This document shows, piece after piece, positions 52,729-64,000 of a stretch of DNA of 64,000 nt. The notes beneath the pieces were generated by a model. That model saw nothing but the letters and a program-made list of their open reading frames with translations. It was not told the origin of the DNA and did no database searches. The stretch's first letter is position 1. The number at the start of each line of letters is the position of its first letter. The stretch covers positions 1 to 64,000 of the forward strand of contig JALDZS010000037.1 in the NCBI GenBank assembly GCA_022813965.1. The letters are read 5' to 3'. The DNA is from Toensbergia leucococca (Eukaryota). The translations under genes and the position numbers were made by a program.

Positions 52729-53124
52729 TCAATCACAGCTCCCAGCCCTCATCATCCCCCCAACGACCCCACCCTTCACATACGCCTTCTTAAACTCCCC
52801 CACCGCACAAAGCCGATCCCGGACCAGCAAATCCTGCTCAAAGCGCATCTTCTCCCTCGTCCAACCCTCCCTCAGCGCCTGATCCACGAGGTCGAGTTCC
52901 GCTGTGTAGTAGAAGCGGCGAATGTCTCGGATCTGGTCATCGTAGCAGAAGCGGCAGAAGGCATGCTTTTCGTCGGGGATGTCGGGGAGGAACGTCACGG
53001 GTTCGGCGGGGGTGTCGAGGAGGGGTTTGAAGCTGATGTTGTTGTTGTTGCTTGGGTGGTGGGTTTCGATTTGGTAGGTGGATGGATGTTGGCAGCCGGG
53101 ATGGATGATTCTGTATATGAACAT
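52729..53124 (-). CDS. Small hypothetical protein (131 aa) with GCQH and FCRFC motifs
   Basis: ATG at 53124 in CAATC-ATG context; intronless ORF with a CxH...CxxC pattern. Confidence 0.5.
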   Translation of the reverse strand: MFIYRIIHPGCQHPSTYQIETHHPSNNNNISFKPLLDTPAEPVTFLPDIPDEKHAFCRFCYDDQIRDIRRFYYTAELDLVDQALREGWTREKMRFEQDLLVRDRLCAVGEFKKAYVKGGVVGGMMRAGSCD

Positions 53125-54203
53125 GATTGGAGTGGGAGGCAACAATCGGTGCTAGGGAGATATTGGGTTGATTTGTTGGAAGTTTGAGGTTGAGCGAGAG
53201 CTGCTTCTTTGGGCAGTAGGGAAGATTTACTTACGCTATTTTGGAAATATTCAGTTCAAGTTGTGATGGAAGAAAGAGTAGAGTTCTTGAGACTTTTTCT
53301 TCCCTTGACTGTGAGCCTTTTTTCGAGGTTTCTTTGAGCTCCAAGACAAGGACACTATACATGGAAAACAATATAAATCAAGTCTAGACAAAGCAGACCT
53401 TGGGACGGCGATAGAATCGTTCCATTTGAGGTGTGGAATCTTAATTTCAAGGATGCGCATCTTTCACACACCAAGAAACCCTCGTTTGATGAAATCGAAC
53501 AAAGAACGCAGAAATTCAGTACGTCAATCATATGGATATTGAAGGGACAAAGCTGTCGAGACCAGTCAGTAAAAACAAGCAATGCGAGATCCTTGAAGCC
53601 CAAGTCAAGTCACTCAAGTACTGTGATTAAGCTTTCATCTTCACCATTCCATCACGGCGCCTGTAAACTAGACGCCAGGAAGAAACGACAAAGATGAAGT
53701 CAAAAGGAGACGAAGAATCATTCATGTAGATACCAGTGAAACCTTTGAAAGTTCGAATAAATCAAACACACAAAGAGTCTCTGCAAAAACAGAATAGATA
53801 GCATGACGACCTCCTTCCCAAGTAAAGATAATGAATTGGATGAAATTTCATTCAAAGGAAGACGCCGCAAGCGGAAACACCCTCGCCCCCCCCCCCCTCG
53901 AGAAAGGTTGACGCACTATTTTGCTGTTTAGGTAGACGAAAAGGACGCCATTTTTGGATGACTATAGCGCCGTTCTAGGATGCGCATATTCAAAAAGCAG
54001 ATTAATGAAAACTATTATATTATCCAAATGTTTACAGGGAATGCACATTAATCATCCAAGGCTGACTGACTAGAAACGTGGCGCTGAACTGCTTAAAAAA
54101 ACAACCAAAGTGTAGCGACATGAGATTTGCCAAAATTCACAAGAAAAAGGTATCAAAAACTCACCTACGAGAGTGTACTGTTGCTCAATTCTCTCGGGTG
54201 ACC

Positions 54204-55134
54204 TCACGTAGCGTTCCTTTGCCAACCCTCGAGCTCTTGTGTTCTCGTCTGCATCCCGTCCAACTCGCCCCTCCCGACCCCATTCTCATATGTAGGTACT
54301 TCACTAGGGTTTTGCCAAATCTGGCCCTTGCTAGTCTGATACGGCTCATAGCTCTGTGACGGCCGGGGCTGCTGCCGCAAATTTCGCCGGATCATAAAGT
54401 ACCAAAACGCGAGCGCAAGGAACACAATTCCAGCGACTCCTCCTACCACTCCTCCTACTATCGTCCCAGTGTTGCTGGATGCAGGCTTCGCTTGGGATGT
54501 TGCCGTAGAACCTGTTGAAGTCGTTGATGACGTTGATGAAGACATGACTGAAGACGTGGCTGAAGGTGTTGCTGTTGCTGATGATGTCGCTGACGATGTC
54601 GAAACGATCTTTCCATCCTGGATGAACAAGCCCTTACGGTGACTGCAGCAGTCCTGCCCAGCCCAATTGTCAATGCTGCCGCAGCAAAGACTTGTGTCGC
54701 CGCAAGTAGTCAAAGGCACTGTCACATTGGCGTTTATGACCCCTTGACCGTCGACAGCTGAGCACACATGTCAGTAACCTCACTAAATGATTCCATTGTC
54801 AGACATCCGTACCGTCTCCAGTGGTACACAAATTTATGCAAGCGGGGTCTTTCCATGTAGGGTCAGTGCATAGCTTCCGCCAGACACCATTGTTGTCGTT
54901 TGGTATACAAAGGCCAACAGAATTACAAGTATCGATATTGGCTGAAGAAATGGTTGATTGGTTTGTTTGGCAGCACATGCTCTGTCCGTTTGAGTTGCAG
55001 GGTAGGAAAGTATAGCTATTGTCTGCGGTGCCATTGGGATAATAGCAGGTTGCGGACACCCTGAGACAGAAAAGCGTGCAGAGAATGCCGAGATGTGACA
55101 GAGCTCGAGGTAATCTCGAGGAGGAACACGGCAT
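54204..55134 (-). CDS. Secreted/type I membrane protein: signal peptide, Cys-rich ectodomain, Ser/Thr stalk and a Mid2-like TM helix; one intron (about 54759-54811)
   Basis: TCYYPNG...PC...SMCC...C...GLC...WR..CTDPTW..P.C, then an S/T tract and GTIVGGVVGGVAGIVFLALAFWYF-MIRR. Confidence 0.8.
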
Positions 55135-56649
55135 TTTGCAAGTATTACCCTGAAAAGACTACAAACAATAGCAGGAACTGAGAGCTCCGGATCTCAGGAT
55201 TGGTAGCGTGCGAGACTTGGAACAATGAAAGGTCCTTTACTCAAAGGACTAGATTGATGTTGGAAGGGTGGCGAGGGGGTGGTGACTTCAGCCCTTAGCC
55301 TAAGTTCGTGGCGTCGAAGCTCCATGCACGTTGACTCCTGCGAGGCACAGTTGAACTACATGTTCCCGCATAATAACTATCACACCATGTTATCTGTTGC
55401 GATTTTAGGTTCGAATCGGATGTTTTACAGAAGTCTGCTATGAACAACGCGGTCTTCATGGCAAATGTCCAGATTCCATGGTAGAAGAAAGCTTGGGCTC
55501 ACTAAGAAGGTTGACTCGGAAAATTGATTCGAGCCTAGTCAGAGGTAGTTGTCGATCGTTCAAGTCCGTACCAAGACTATTGATAGCTTGATACAACCAT
55601 ACCCGCTTTTTAATACATTGATACCCCCACTTCCGCCGCCATGTGTGGCGCAATACTAACGGCTCCGATGGGGTTGGACAACCCGTATCATGCTTTGAGA
55701 TAAAGGAATAAACGAGATGGGGATAGCACAAGTGAAGAAAATTATGAGCAGCACGAGTTTAGGAATTGGGGAGATGACTAACAGATCTTTCGTGCCGCTT
55801 ATTAGCGGTATCAATCAATGTGAATCAGCTAAGGTATGCTAGCTGTTCTCCCGCCGCTAATAAACGAGATAGGATAAGTCGCTCCTGAACGGCAGGATTC
55901 GAAAGGAGAACCTATCTTACCTATCTCACTTCACGAACCACCCCGCCGCCTGCGAGGCTTAGTCCTGAGAAGATGGTGTGATCAACCTCTTGCTTGCATA
56001 AATCAGGCAAATCAAACGTTTTTCAAACTCGTAAACGGTTGAGCCGCATTACAATTCATGGCAGCAAAGGCGCAGTGACAACAAATATCTCAAAAGCAGT
56101 AGAGCAAGGAACTCTAGCAGAGCCGAGTCAGAACTCTCAAGGGTGAGTAGGCATGAGAAGCAGACAAAGAACAGTGACACTGACTCTGAGGCCTTAATAG
56201 TGAAGTTCAGAAAGCATCAAACAACGATTCACTCAGACCTAAATTAGGGCTAGAGACGATGTTGCAATTCAGGTGAGTGATAGACTGTTTTAGGCCCGCA
56301 GATTATAGTCAATTTCAAGGTGCAATGAAGGAGGTAGATGGCATGCAATAGATATTAAGAAATTGATGCAAAAATATCATGTTTCCTGTGCGATACTGCG
56401 CCCAATAACGCGGAGGTGAGATGAAGTCGGTTACGATTCAGAAATACGTGCAAAATTGGAGGATACGGATAGGCAAGCCGGACCCGATAACATTCTGCCG
56501 GATGAAGTTAGGTAACTCACATGCACGCGGCGTCAGCCCTATCATTCGGACAAACCCCACACTCTCGACAAAGAGAATCAAACAAGCACCAAATTTCCAA
56601 CATTGATGAACACCATTCAATTATTGATCCAAATCAAGTTCCACCAAGC

Positions 56650-57406
56650 ATGGCAGCTCCAGCAGACGTGACGCTCAAAGATCTCTCCGGCCAATGGGTC
56701 ATGGCACGCTTTCCCCATTTAACCCCCTTTCAAAAACGTGCCCTAACCTTTCCCGCCAGAACAAAACCCTCTCTGACGACATAAACGCAATCTTGACCCT
56801 AGTCAGTCCTAGAAATTGACCCTCCATTACGTTATCCCTAAATTAATCCTCCTTCCCATTTAGCAAGGCATCGGCTGGTTCCTCCGCAAAGCCATCACCC
56901 TCGCCACTATTACCCTGACCACAACTCAATACATCGACTCCGAAACTTCCCTAACTCACATCGATATCCTCCAGCGAGCTACCGGCGGCGTAAGCAGTAC
57001 GACAGAAAAACGCCTGCTGAATTGGGAATGGAGGAGTCATGCAGATAGGATTTTTGGAGAGGTCAAGGGGAGGAGTCGGTTTGTGGAGTTGAAGGATGTG
57101 GATGATGATGATTTCTTGAAGGAGGGATGGTTGGATGAGACAGATGGCTTGTATGTACAGAGCTATACTGAGAGTGTGGGGAACGGGTGGACGGCGAACC
57201 AGGTGAGTTGGATTGGAAGGCGGACTTGGGCGGAAATAAGCTGTCGTGTCAACCGTTGGGCTGATCACTGATTTTGGTGCTCATAGATCTGGGGATTCGA
57301 GGATATCAGTGGTAAGAGATATCATGTGAGGCATGTTGTGGTTCGGACAGCGGACGACTGGAAGCAGGCGAGGCTGGTATACGATTTTCAGAAAAGGTTG
57401 GACTGA
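56650..57406 (+). CDS. Conserved fungal protein with a predicted lipocalin/FABP-like barrel (often annotated 'LCCL domain-containing'); 4 exons, first intron GC-AG
   Basis: Spliced MAAPADVTLKDLSGQWVM/NKTLSDD...L/QGIGWFLRKAI...GWTANQ/IWGFE...ARLVYDF. Confidence 0.8.
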
Positions 57407-57742
57407 ATCTCTGGTGAAGTGCTAGGTCGTTTCGGTGTTGATGGCGTTCATGGCGTTATGACTTGAAGACTAGCAGTTACGACTGTTTCAGGGTTCAATA
57501 TGACACAACGTGAAGCTATCATAAAGCTTGAACGGATTTCGTGACAAGCTGTAATCCACAGTAGCAGTGGTTAGACTTCCACAAGCGGAAATTAAGATCA
57601 ACGATCTATCCGCGCTGGATTCGCATGTCGTGGATGTCAACTCCGAGCCCGTAAGGTATCTTAGTGTGCTGCCAACCCAGTGTCGTTCTCGTGCTTGGAG
57701 CTCTGTCTCCTTCAAAATTGGTCATGTATTCGCTCTCGTTTA

Positions 57743-59207
57743 CTATCTCTGCATTCTCAATCTATCCTCGAGCTCCTTCACCAAGCTTTCAACCAGCTTG
57801 ATGTTCCCATCCATTCTTTGCTCCCCTCTCTTCATCACACCTTCAACTCTTTCCAGACCCTCCCTCCAGCTCTTGATCTCCTCCGCCATGGCTTCCTGCC
57901 GAGTCTCCAAAGAGGTCAAGCTCTGATGAGCATTTGCCGCATCCGCATGAACTAATCGTAATGACCTCAATCGATCCAGAACAAAGGGTAACAATGGGGA
58001 AAGAGAGTCAATGGTAGCAAGAGCGCCGTATAATGCATTGATCTTCGTGATCTGTTCCGGATCTTCTATGGTTTCTAACCTTGGTGTTTCGTTATCTGAC
58101 ACTCGGGTTTGGTTTTCCCTAGGTCTCAAAGACATGATACCATGGCGTTGCTTTATCATCAGTGTATTCAACTCGCTATTTGCATCCTCGCGAGCCTCGG
58201 TAAGCTTTTTGGTGTCCTGGATCAATTTTCTCACCCTCCGATCAATTTCATCCAGAGAAGAGGGCGAGGATGATATGATCGAGATTTGTTTGTCCAAGGC
58301 ATCCAATTTGGGTAATATAGCAGTGGCAGACGCTTGGTTTTGTGTAGGCAGAGGAGCAGTGTCGAGACCAAGAACATTCTCTATTAGAGTCAGCCGTGAT
58401 TCCAGATCGGCCGCTTTCGCTAAGGCGTGATCTTGATCGTAGGTAGGGGCGTAGGTCATTGTATAAGTTGGGTTTTGACTTGATTGTTGTAGCCTTTCAC
58501 TGGGTTCCCTGTTCGTTGAGGCATGGGGCAATCTTGACGCTGCGCTCAGTCTTTTTGCCAGGCGGCTCGCAGCTCCAGCAATTCCAATACTGTCCAGCGC
58601 GCTGCCAAGGCCATCTAAGGATTTTGCATTGTCTTCCAGCCCCAATTCTGAGCCATCCTCGTTTGCCGCATTTGCTTTATTGAACTCTTCTTTAGCCTCG
58701 GCTACCTCTCTTCGTAGTCGTGCCAGCTTTCTCTCCAAAGTCTCCTCTTCCTCGTCACTGTAGTCTGCCTGGTCGTCTCTTTCCGAGTCATTTGGCCGTC
58801 TCCTTGTGCTCGAAGATCTGTAAGCAGCTCTTTTAGACCTTAGCCGATTAGTGGTATCGAAATGTGTTCTCGCTTCGTCAGGATCCAGTCGGTGTCTATC
58901 TATGCCGGTTGTATCATCTTCGTCATCTAAATCGTGGTAGTTTGATGATGCGGGAGAACCTCCCGGCGAAGAAGGATCGGGTCTCTGCCGAACAAGTTAA
59001 AACAAATGTGGGAGGTAGATTGATTTATTCTTTGGCGGCAAACTCACGAATTCGAATTTGGCTACGGGATCATGGATCAACTCGGGGGTCTCGTAGATTT
59101 CCGGGGCGGCATCCTATCGCAGGTAGAGTTTGAGTAGGTCAATCCTCAAGCAATGAACTCTCACTCACAATATCCGGTAATTTGGCGTATTTCTGAATAG
59201 TAGACAT
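57743..59207 (-). CDS. DCTN2: Dynactin p50 subunit (dynamitin); 3 exons
   Basis: KYAKLPDI/DAAPEIYETPEL, ETLERKLARLRREV, KINALY..L and LP.VLDRLRSLRLVHADA; coiled-coil. Confidence 0.88.
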
Positions 59208-59605
59208 ATTGTAGACTGTAGAATCCCCTCTAGAGTTCCCGAAGCTGGAGGCTGGATAGTAAAGTTTCCCTTTTGTGCTTTAGAGTGACGCGTCGGCGCG
59301 TTGCGGGGGCGGGATGCCGTTTATTTATTCATCCGTCAGCCCCCCCTCATTTGAGTTTCGAGGGCGAAAGTACATATTGAATCGGAAGAAGGTGATTCTT
59401 TATTCCGGAGAAAATAATTTCAATACACTTACGTTAGCGCTCGCCACATCTGAAATTTCGATTTGCCAGGAACGCGAAACCCGCGCGTCAAATGATTAGA
59501 CGTAGGCTTTTTCGCTGGAGCTGCAACTCTCATCCCATGCCGTCGCGATTGTGTTGCTATTTCATTAAAAGAAAAGGGATCTCACAGGGACCTTGATATC
59601 ATCAG

Positions 59606-61106
59606 ATGGCAGCATCTCCTACCAAAAATTTCCCCAATCTCCATCCGCCAACATCAACAAACACCGTCCAGCTTGCCTCACCTCGAAGCACTCGTACCTT
59701 GCGAAAACTTCAGTCGGCCCATGCCCTGTCCACGAGTTACGCTGCGCTGAACACGCCGTCACTAATCTCGCAGCAGCGTCAACAACAGCAACGTAATACG
59801 AGCGCATCGAACAATACGATATTGTCGCAACTCCCACCAATTCCGAGCTTTCAACCACCTCACAATCGAACCCGGTCAAACAGTGATGTTATTCTAAACG
59901 ACATCTCTAACAATGGGCCACCGAGGCGAACCGCTATAATGAAGAAACCGGCTGCTTCTGAACTTTCGAAAAAGGATGAACTAGAAATCCTTATACGCCA
60001 AGGTCCGAAAGGTGATGTCTCTGGGAGTCTGGACATTTTAAGACGCCTGGTATTAGATGACGGCCTGCATTCAGACAGTGATGGCATGGTACGCCTGCAC
60101 CCCGAATGAAGAGTAACCCACTTGTCATATTTATATCATTTAACGAGACTTTAGTCTCAATTGCGAATATATATCTGGCTGATCTTACTCAACGCCTCAC
60201 CTATCGCAACGGATACGTACCTGGAACTCGTACACCGTGGCCCTTCCCCCGCTTACGCCAAGATTCGTAATGACACATTTCGTACTCTAGCAACTGACCC
60301 CCTCTTCAAGCGTCGTGTCAGTGAATCATCCCTCATCCGCCTTCTTAATGCTATTGCATGGAGATTACACGATGCTAAAAATGAACAATTGCTTGATCCT
60401 GGGAAAACCACTATAATAACAAGCGAGTTGGGAAGCCCCGCTTTACAGCACGTCTCACCCGTAAGGAATTATCCGCAAAGCCCATTGACAGGAGCTACCG
60501 ATAATTCCGAGGTCGGAGGTGCTGAAGCCGGAATCTACGTCCAGGGAATGAACGTCTTATGTGCTCCATTTCTCTACGCTGCTCGGAGCGAGGCTGAAGC
60601 TTTCGTTGCTTTTCATTCTTTCATCACGAGAGAGTGTCCAGGATATGTCCGGGGTGCCATGGATGGCGTGCATAAAGGACTCGCGCTTGTTGATAAGTGC
60701 CTTGCGATTGTCGACTCAAAGCTCTCTGATTACATGCTTTCAAAAAAGATGCAAGCAGAGGTATACGCTTTTCCATCGGTATTAACTCTATGTGCATGCA
60801 CACCTCCGTTACCACAGGTCCTCGAGCTTTGGGACTTTCTGTTCTCTTATGGTGCTCACCTGAACATATTATGTATCTGCGCACAATTGGTCTTGAGCAG
60901 AGACACAATCTTTGCTAGTTCCAGGTAGGTGCTGTTTTCTCTTGGACAAGCAATCTTTCAATGCTGATGCTGACTTGAATAGTCCAATCAAAATTCTGAG
61001 ATCATTTCCTCCGTTACAGGCCAAAGCTGTCAGAAGCTATGCTCTCTCTTTCGTTCCCAAGATTCCACCTCGACTCTATGAAGAGCTCGTACACCACGCA
61101 AAATGA
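59606..61106 (+). CDS. BUB2: TBC-domain GAP of the mitotic exit/septation network (Bub2/Cdc16); 3 exons
   Basis: KIRNDTFRT, YVQGMNVL, YAFPSVLTLCACTPPL, LWDFLF.YG.HLN and LRSFPPL. Confidence 0.93.
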
Positions 61107-62188
61107 TGATCAAATGATAAGCTGAGTCCCCAATTTCGGTACAGCTTGGTCAAAGGGGGCAATAGCTTCCGAGAATTGCAAGTGTTCCTGCCACCGTCAT
61201 ACATAGCTGTTGTTGAGCGAAACTTTTGCTTGACTCAGGATGATGTCTTACTCCTCCGCACAGCATCTAAGATTCTTGGCGTACCTGCCTAGCAAATGCA
61301 TTGGATGGCCGACCTGTTCCCAAGTTCGATCCATGTCCGTATAGCTTACATAGCTTACTGTGAGTCTTTCTGTACTCATCTGGACTGACTTTAGCTGGTT
61401 CTTTGCGTGGGATTCTCACATTGCTACAGTTTAAGGAAGGCTATTGTTTAGATATAGGCGATGTGATGACCTATTTGATTGTCAGGTTGACATTAGTCTG
61501 TGGGATGACAAACACCGATTCAAGCCACACTATCAACGCTCCCAACCCAGACGTTAAACTAGCTCTCTTCATGGGGTAGCGTTTGTCTCTTTTTCTCCTG
61601 AACGTCTTACGTGGAATCTTCGAAACTAGAAAGAACGTACAAGCGAAATCTTTCAGGGGACTTACCAAGCGGAAACACTCTACTAAATGCGATTTGTCCT
61701 CGTATCCATGCTGCTAGCCCACTAGCGGTCTTTCTTACGAGTTGTATTGCGGACGTATCGAGCATGCACCAAACTTTTGTTAAGGTTCTTACCTAGGACT
61801 TGTAACCTTCCCATCGCCAATGGTGAATTGCAGAACGTGTTGAGCGATGGTAAAAGTGGCTAAGCTGCGTGTGCATGCCTCAGGACTGATGACCTTGGAA
61901 GACAGAATTACAAGAGTTTTAAATGGATCATGTCTCCGTTTCCAACACGAGGAGCATGTCAAAGAATTAGCAATATTGCTGGTATCTCTTCGGATCAAAT
62001 CGATATTAGCGGTGATGTTTATCGAAGAAATCAGATTTTACAGATTCCCATGCAAGATCTGGCAGAGACAGCACTAAGTCAGTGTGCTTGACTAGTGTTC
62101 TAAGGAGAAGCACACTGATAAATTTGGTTCATAAAAATGGTTCATTCGAAAAATCAGAGGCGGCCAAAAACCTTCTAATTGCGGATCG

Positions 62189-63347
62189 CTATCTTGCTGC
62201 AGCCTCTTCGTCGTTGCTAGCCAGTAAGGCTCTATGCTCTTCATCCACCTTCGTGTCCTCTATGACCTTCCTCGCACCACGATAAAGCACATAATGCTGC
62301 GTTATGAAAATGATGTCGAAAATAATACTGACATTCCCCAATCCCAATTTCACCTAGCCTCTAGTCAGCTCCAATATCACTCAAAAGGACCATCTTCACG
62401 TACCGGATTTCCGGTCAGACCAGACCAATCGTTTTGCAAGCTTGAATCGATTAACAGTTGCACGATCGACAGGACGCCGCCGACCACATCCATTAGGATC
62501 TGCGTTATACTCCAGCCCACAGTTGACTGCCTCTTGTAATTCGTCCACGCCTGGGGAATGTATTTGACCATTGTTATTACTAACTTGACATACCCAACAG
62601 CGTAGATCTTGATCGTCCCATCCGAAATATCAGCCGTATGCAAACACCGTTTGTTTCTTCCACAAGAAGAAGAGATGTCTCCAGAACTCACCACATCAAT
62701 CCACGCCCATCGAAACGGATCCCTTCCACCTTCCCCTCCCTTGGCCAATACCAATCCTACTACCCATACTACGCCAATTACGCACCCTACAGCAATACCC
62801 ATCACCCCTCTGCTAATCCTCTTCCCTATCCCTCCTCTTTCGTAACCCCAAAGCCGAGACCAGAACATACTCCACGTTATCGCGCTCAATACGACAGCAT
62901 GCGCCGCGAACTAGATGACCAAAAGCCCGATGCATTAGTGTTCGTGCTATCAATCTATTCATCCAATAGTTATATTCTCACCGCAATATCATTGCTCCTG
63001 ACGGTTGGTTCCGGCGCGCCTGGATTACGGGCCGCATATTGTTCACGAATAAGTGAGGAGTAGAAGAGGCAGGAGGTCGAGACGAGGTAGGCGACGAAGC
63101 CAAGTACGTTAATACTTTACACTTCTTTTAGATTTTTCGATTGCATGGCTAGGATTGAACAGGAGGTGCTAGGCGCATAGGATACATACGTAGGGAAATC
63201 AATGGTTGTGCCGCTGGTGGAGCGACGAGAATGGTTGAGAAAGGGCTGAGGGTAGAAGGAGGCCGACCACGATAGGGTATAGATCCAGCCGAGAAGGCGA
63301 GAAAGGGCTTTGAGAAAGGAAATGTAGGCGGGTGAGTGGGGGGACAT
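62189..63347 (-). CDS. ERS1: Cystinosin/Ers1 PQ-loop lysosomal/vacuolar cystine transporter; multi-exon
   Basis: WSASFYPQ...[37 protein letters not shown] and QHYVLY. Confidence 0.9.
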
Positions 63348-63667
63348 GTCTGATTTCGGCTTTTCGGGCTGAAGAGATAAGCCGAGGGAGAAATCAGGTT
63401 TGATGGGGATGAGAGTGATTTGAGAAGGCCATCCACGCATGCAAGCTGCTAGGGAATATAGTAATTGATATTGAAGTCTTAAAACTGTCGTGTGATGGTA
63501 CGAGTACCTTGTGATGTTTAATCCTAGAGATGGTAGGTGGACGCGCCGTTGGCGCCTAGCGGGCCTCAAACTAGCGCCACGGGTAGGGCAACGGGTAGGG
63601 CGACGCCATTGCCGAGATAAATCATAAAGAATCTGAGAGACTTGCATATTCTCAAAATACCTTCATC

Positions 63668-64000
63668 ATGAGAGAGTTTGAGCCGCTGAAGAATGACTTA
63701 CTGCTCCGGACAGCGAGAGGTATGCGTCCACCAATTGACTTGGTTCATGATATGACTAAGACCCACAACCAGGCGAACGTGTCGAGCGACCACCAATATG
63801 GGTGATGCGTCAAGGTAATGGCTCCCTCAAGCCGTATTTTGCTGCGACAGGAACTAATACTGAACCAAAGCCGGCAGATACCTCCCAGAATATCATGAAG
63901 CCAAAGGGAACCATGACTTCTTTGAATGCTGCCAATCCCCAGAAATAGCTTCAACCCTTACATTACAGCCCGTTGAACGCTTTGAGGGCCTGATCGACGC
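63668..64000 (+). CDS. HEM12: Uroporphyrinogen decarboxylase, 5' part (cut by the window end)
   Basis: Spliced [33 protein letters not shown]...FFECC...TLQP..RFEGLID. Confidence 0.95.

Noticed and set aside
55408..55417. GGTTCGAATC as a tRNA T-loop
   Set aside because: No flanking T-stem, acceptor stem or terminator.
40000..57500. Starship or other giant mobile element
   Set aside because: No DUF3435 tyrosine recombinase, transposase or boundary repeats recognised.
61150..62150. Short ORFs between BUB2 and ERS1
   Set aside because: No motifs or consistent splice structure; treated as intergenic or UTR.

Overview
Gene-dense eukaryotic DNA from a filamentous ascomycete (Pezizomycotina-type short GT-AG introns with CTRAY branch points). 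The ORF track breaks most genes at introns, so I rebuilt spliced models by eye. Conserved housekeeping genes, in order: PRP16, RRN3, a Kic1/Nak1-like GC kinase, complex I 49-kDa subunit, RPC40, UBA3, TEL2, HTS1, VPS33, a UBE2W-like E2, CMK1, COQ6, dynamitin, BUB2, cystinosin/ERS1 and the 5' end of HEM12. Many of these sit in tight head-to-head pairs. Accessory material: a RidA/YjgF-like gene with an in-frame stop at the left edge; a decayed Gypsy-type integrase abutting a spliced nucleotidyltransferase-like orphan (7.8-9.5 kb); a candidate structured Pol III-like RNA at 24.7 kb; and a 40-57 kb stretch holding a PTH11-like membrane protein, a C-depleted relic, an orphan, a DUF2235 (Tle1-like) lipase fused to a P-loop GTPase, and small secreted or membrane proteins. 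I saw no rRNA, confident tRNA or CRISPR array. The best candidates for something new are the lipase-GTPase fusion, the NTase-like orphan and the structured RNA; none is proven. All family calls come from motif recognition, not database searches.
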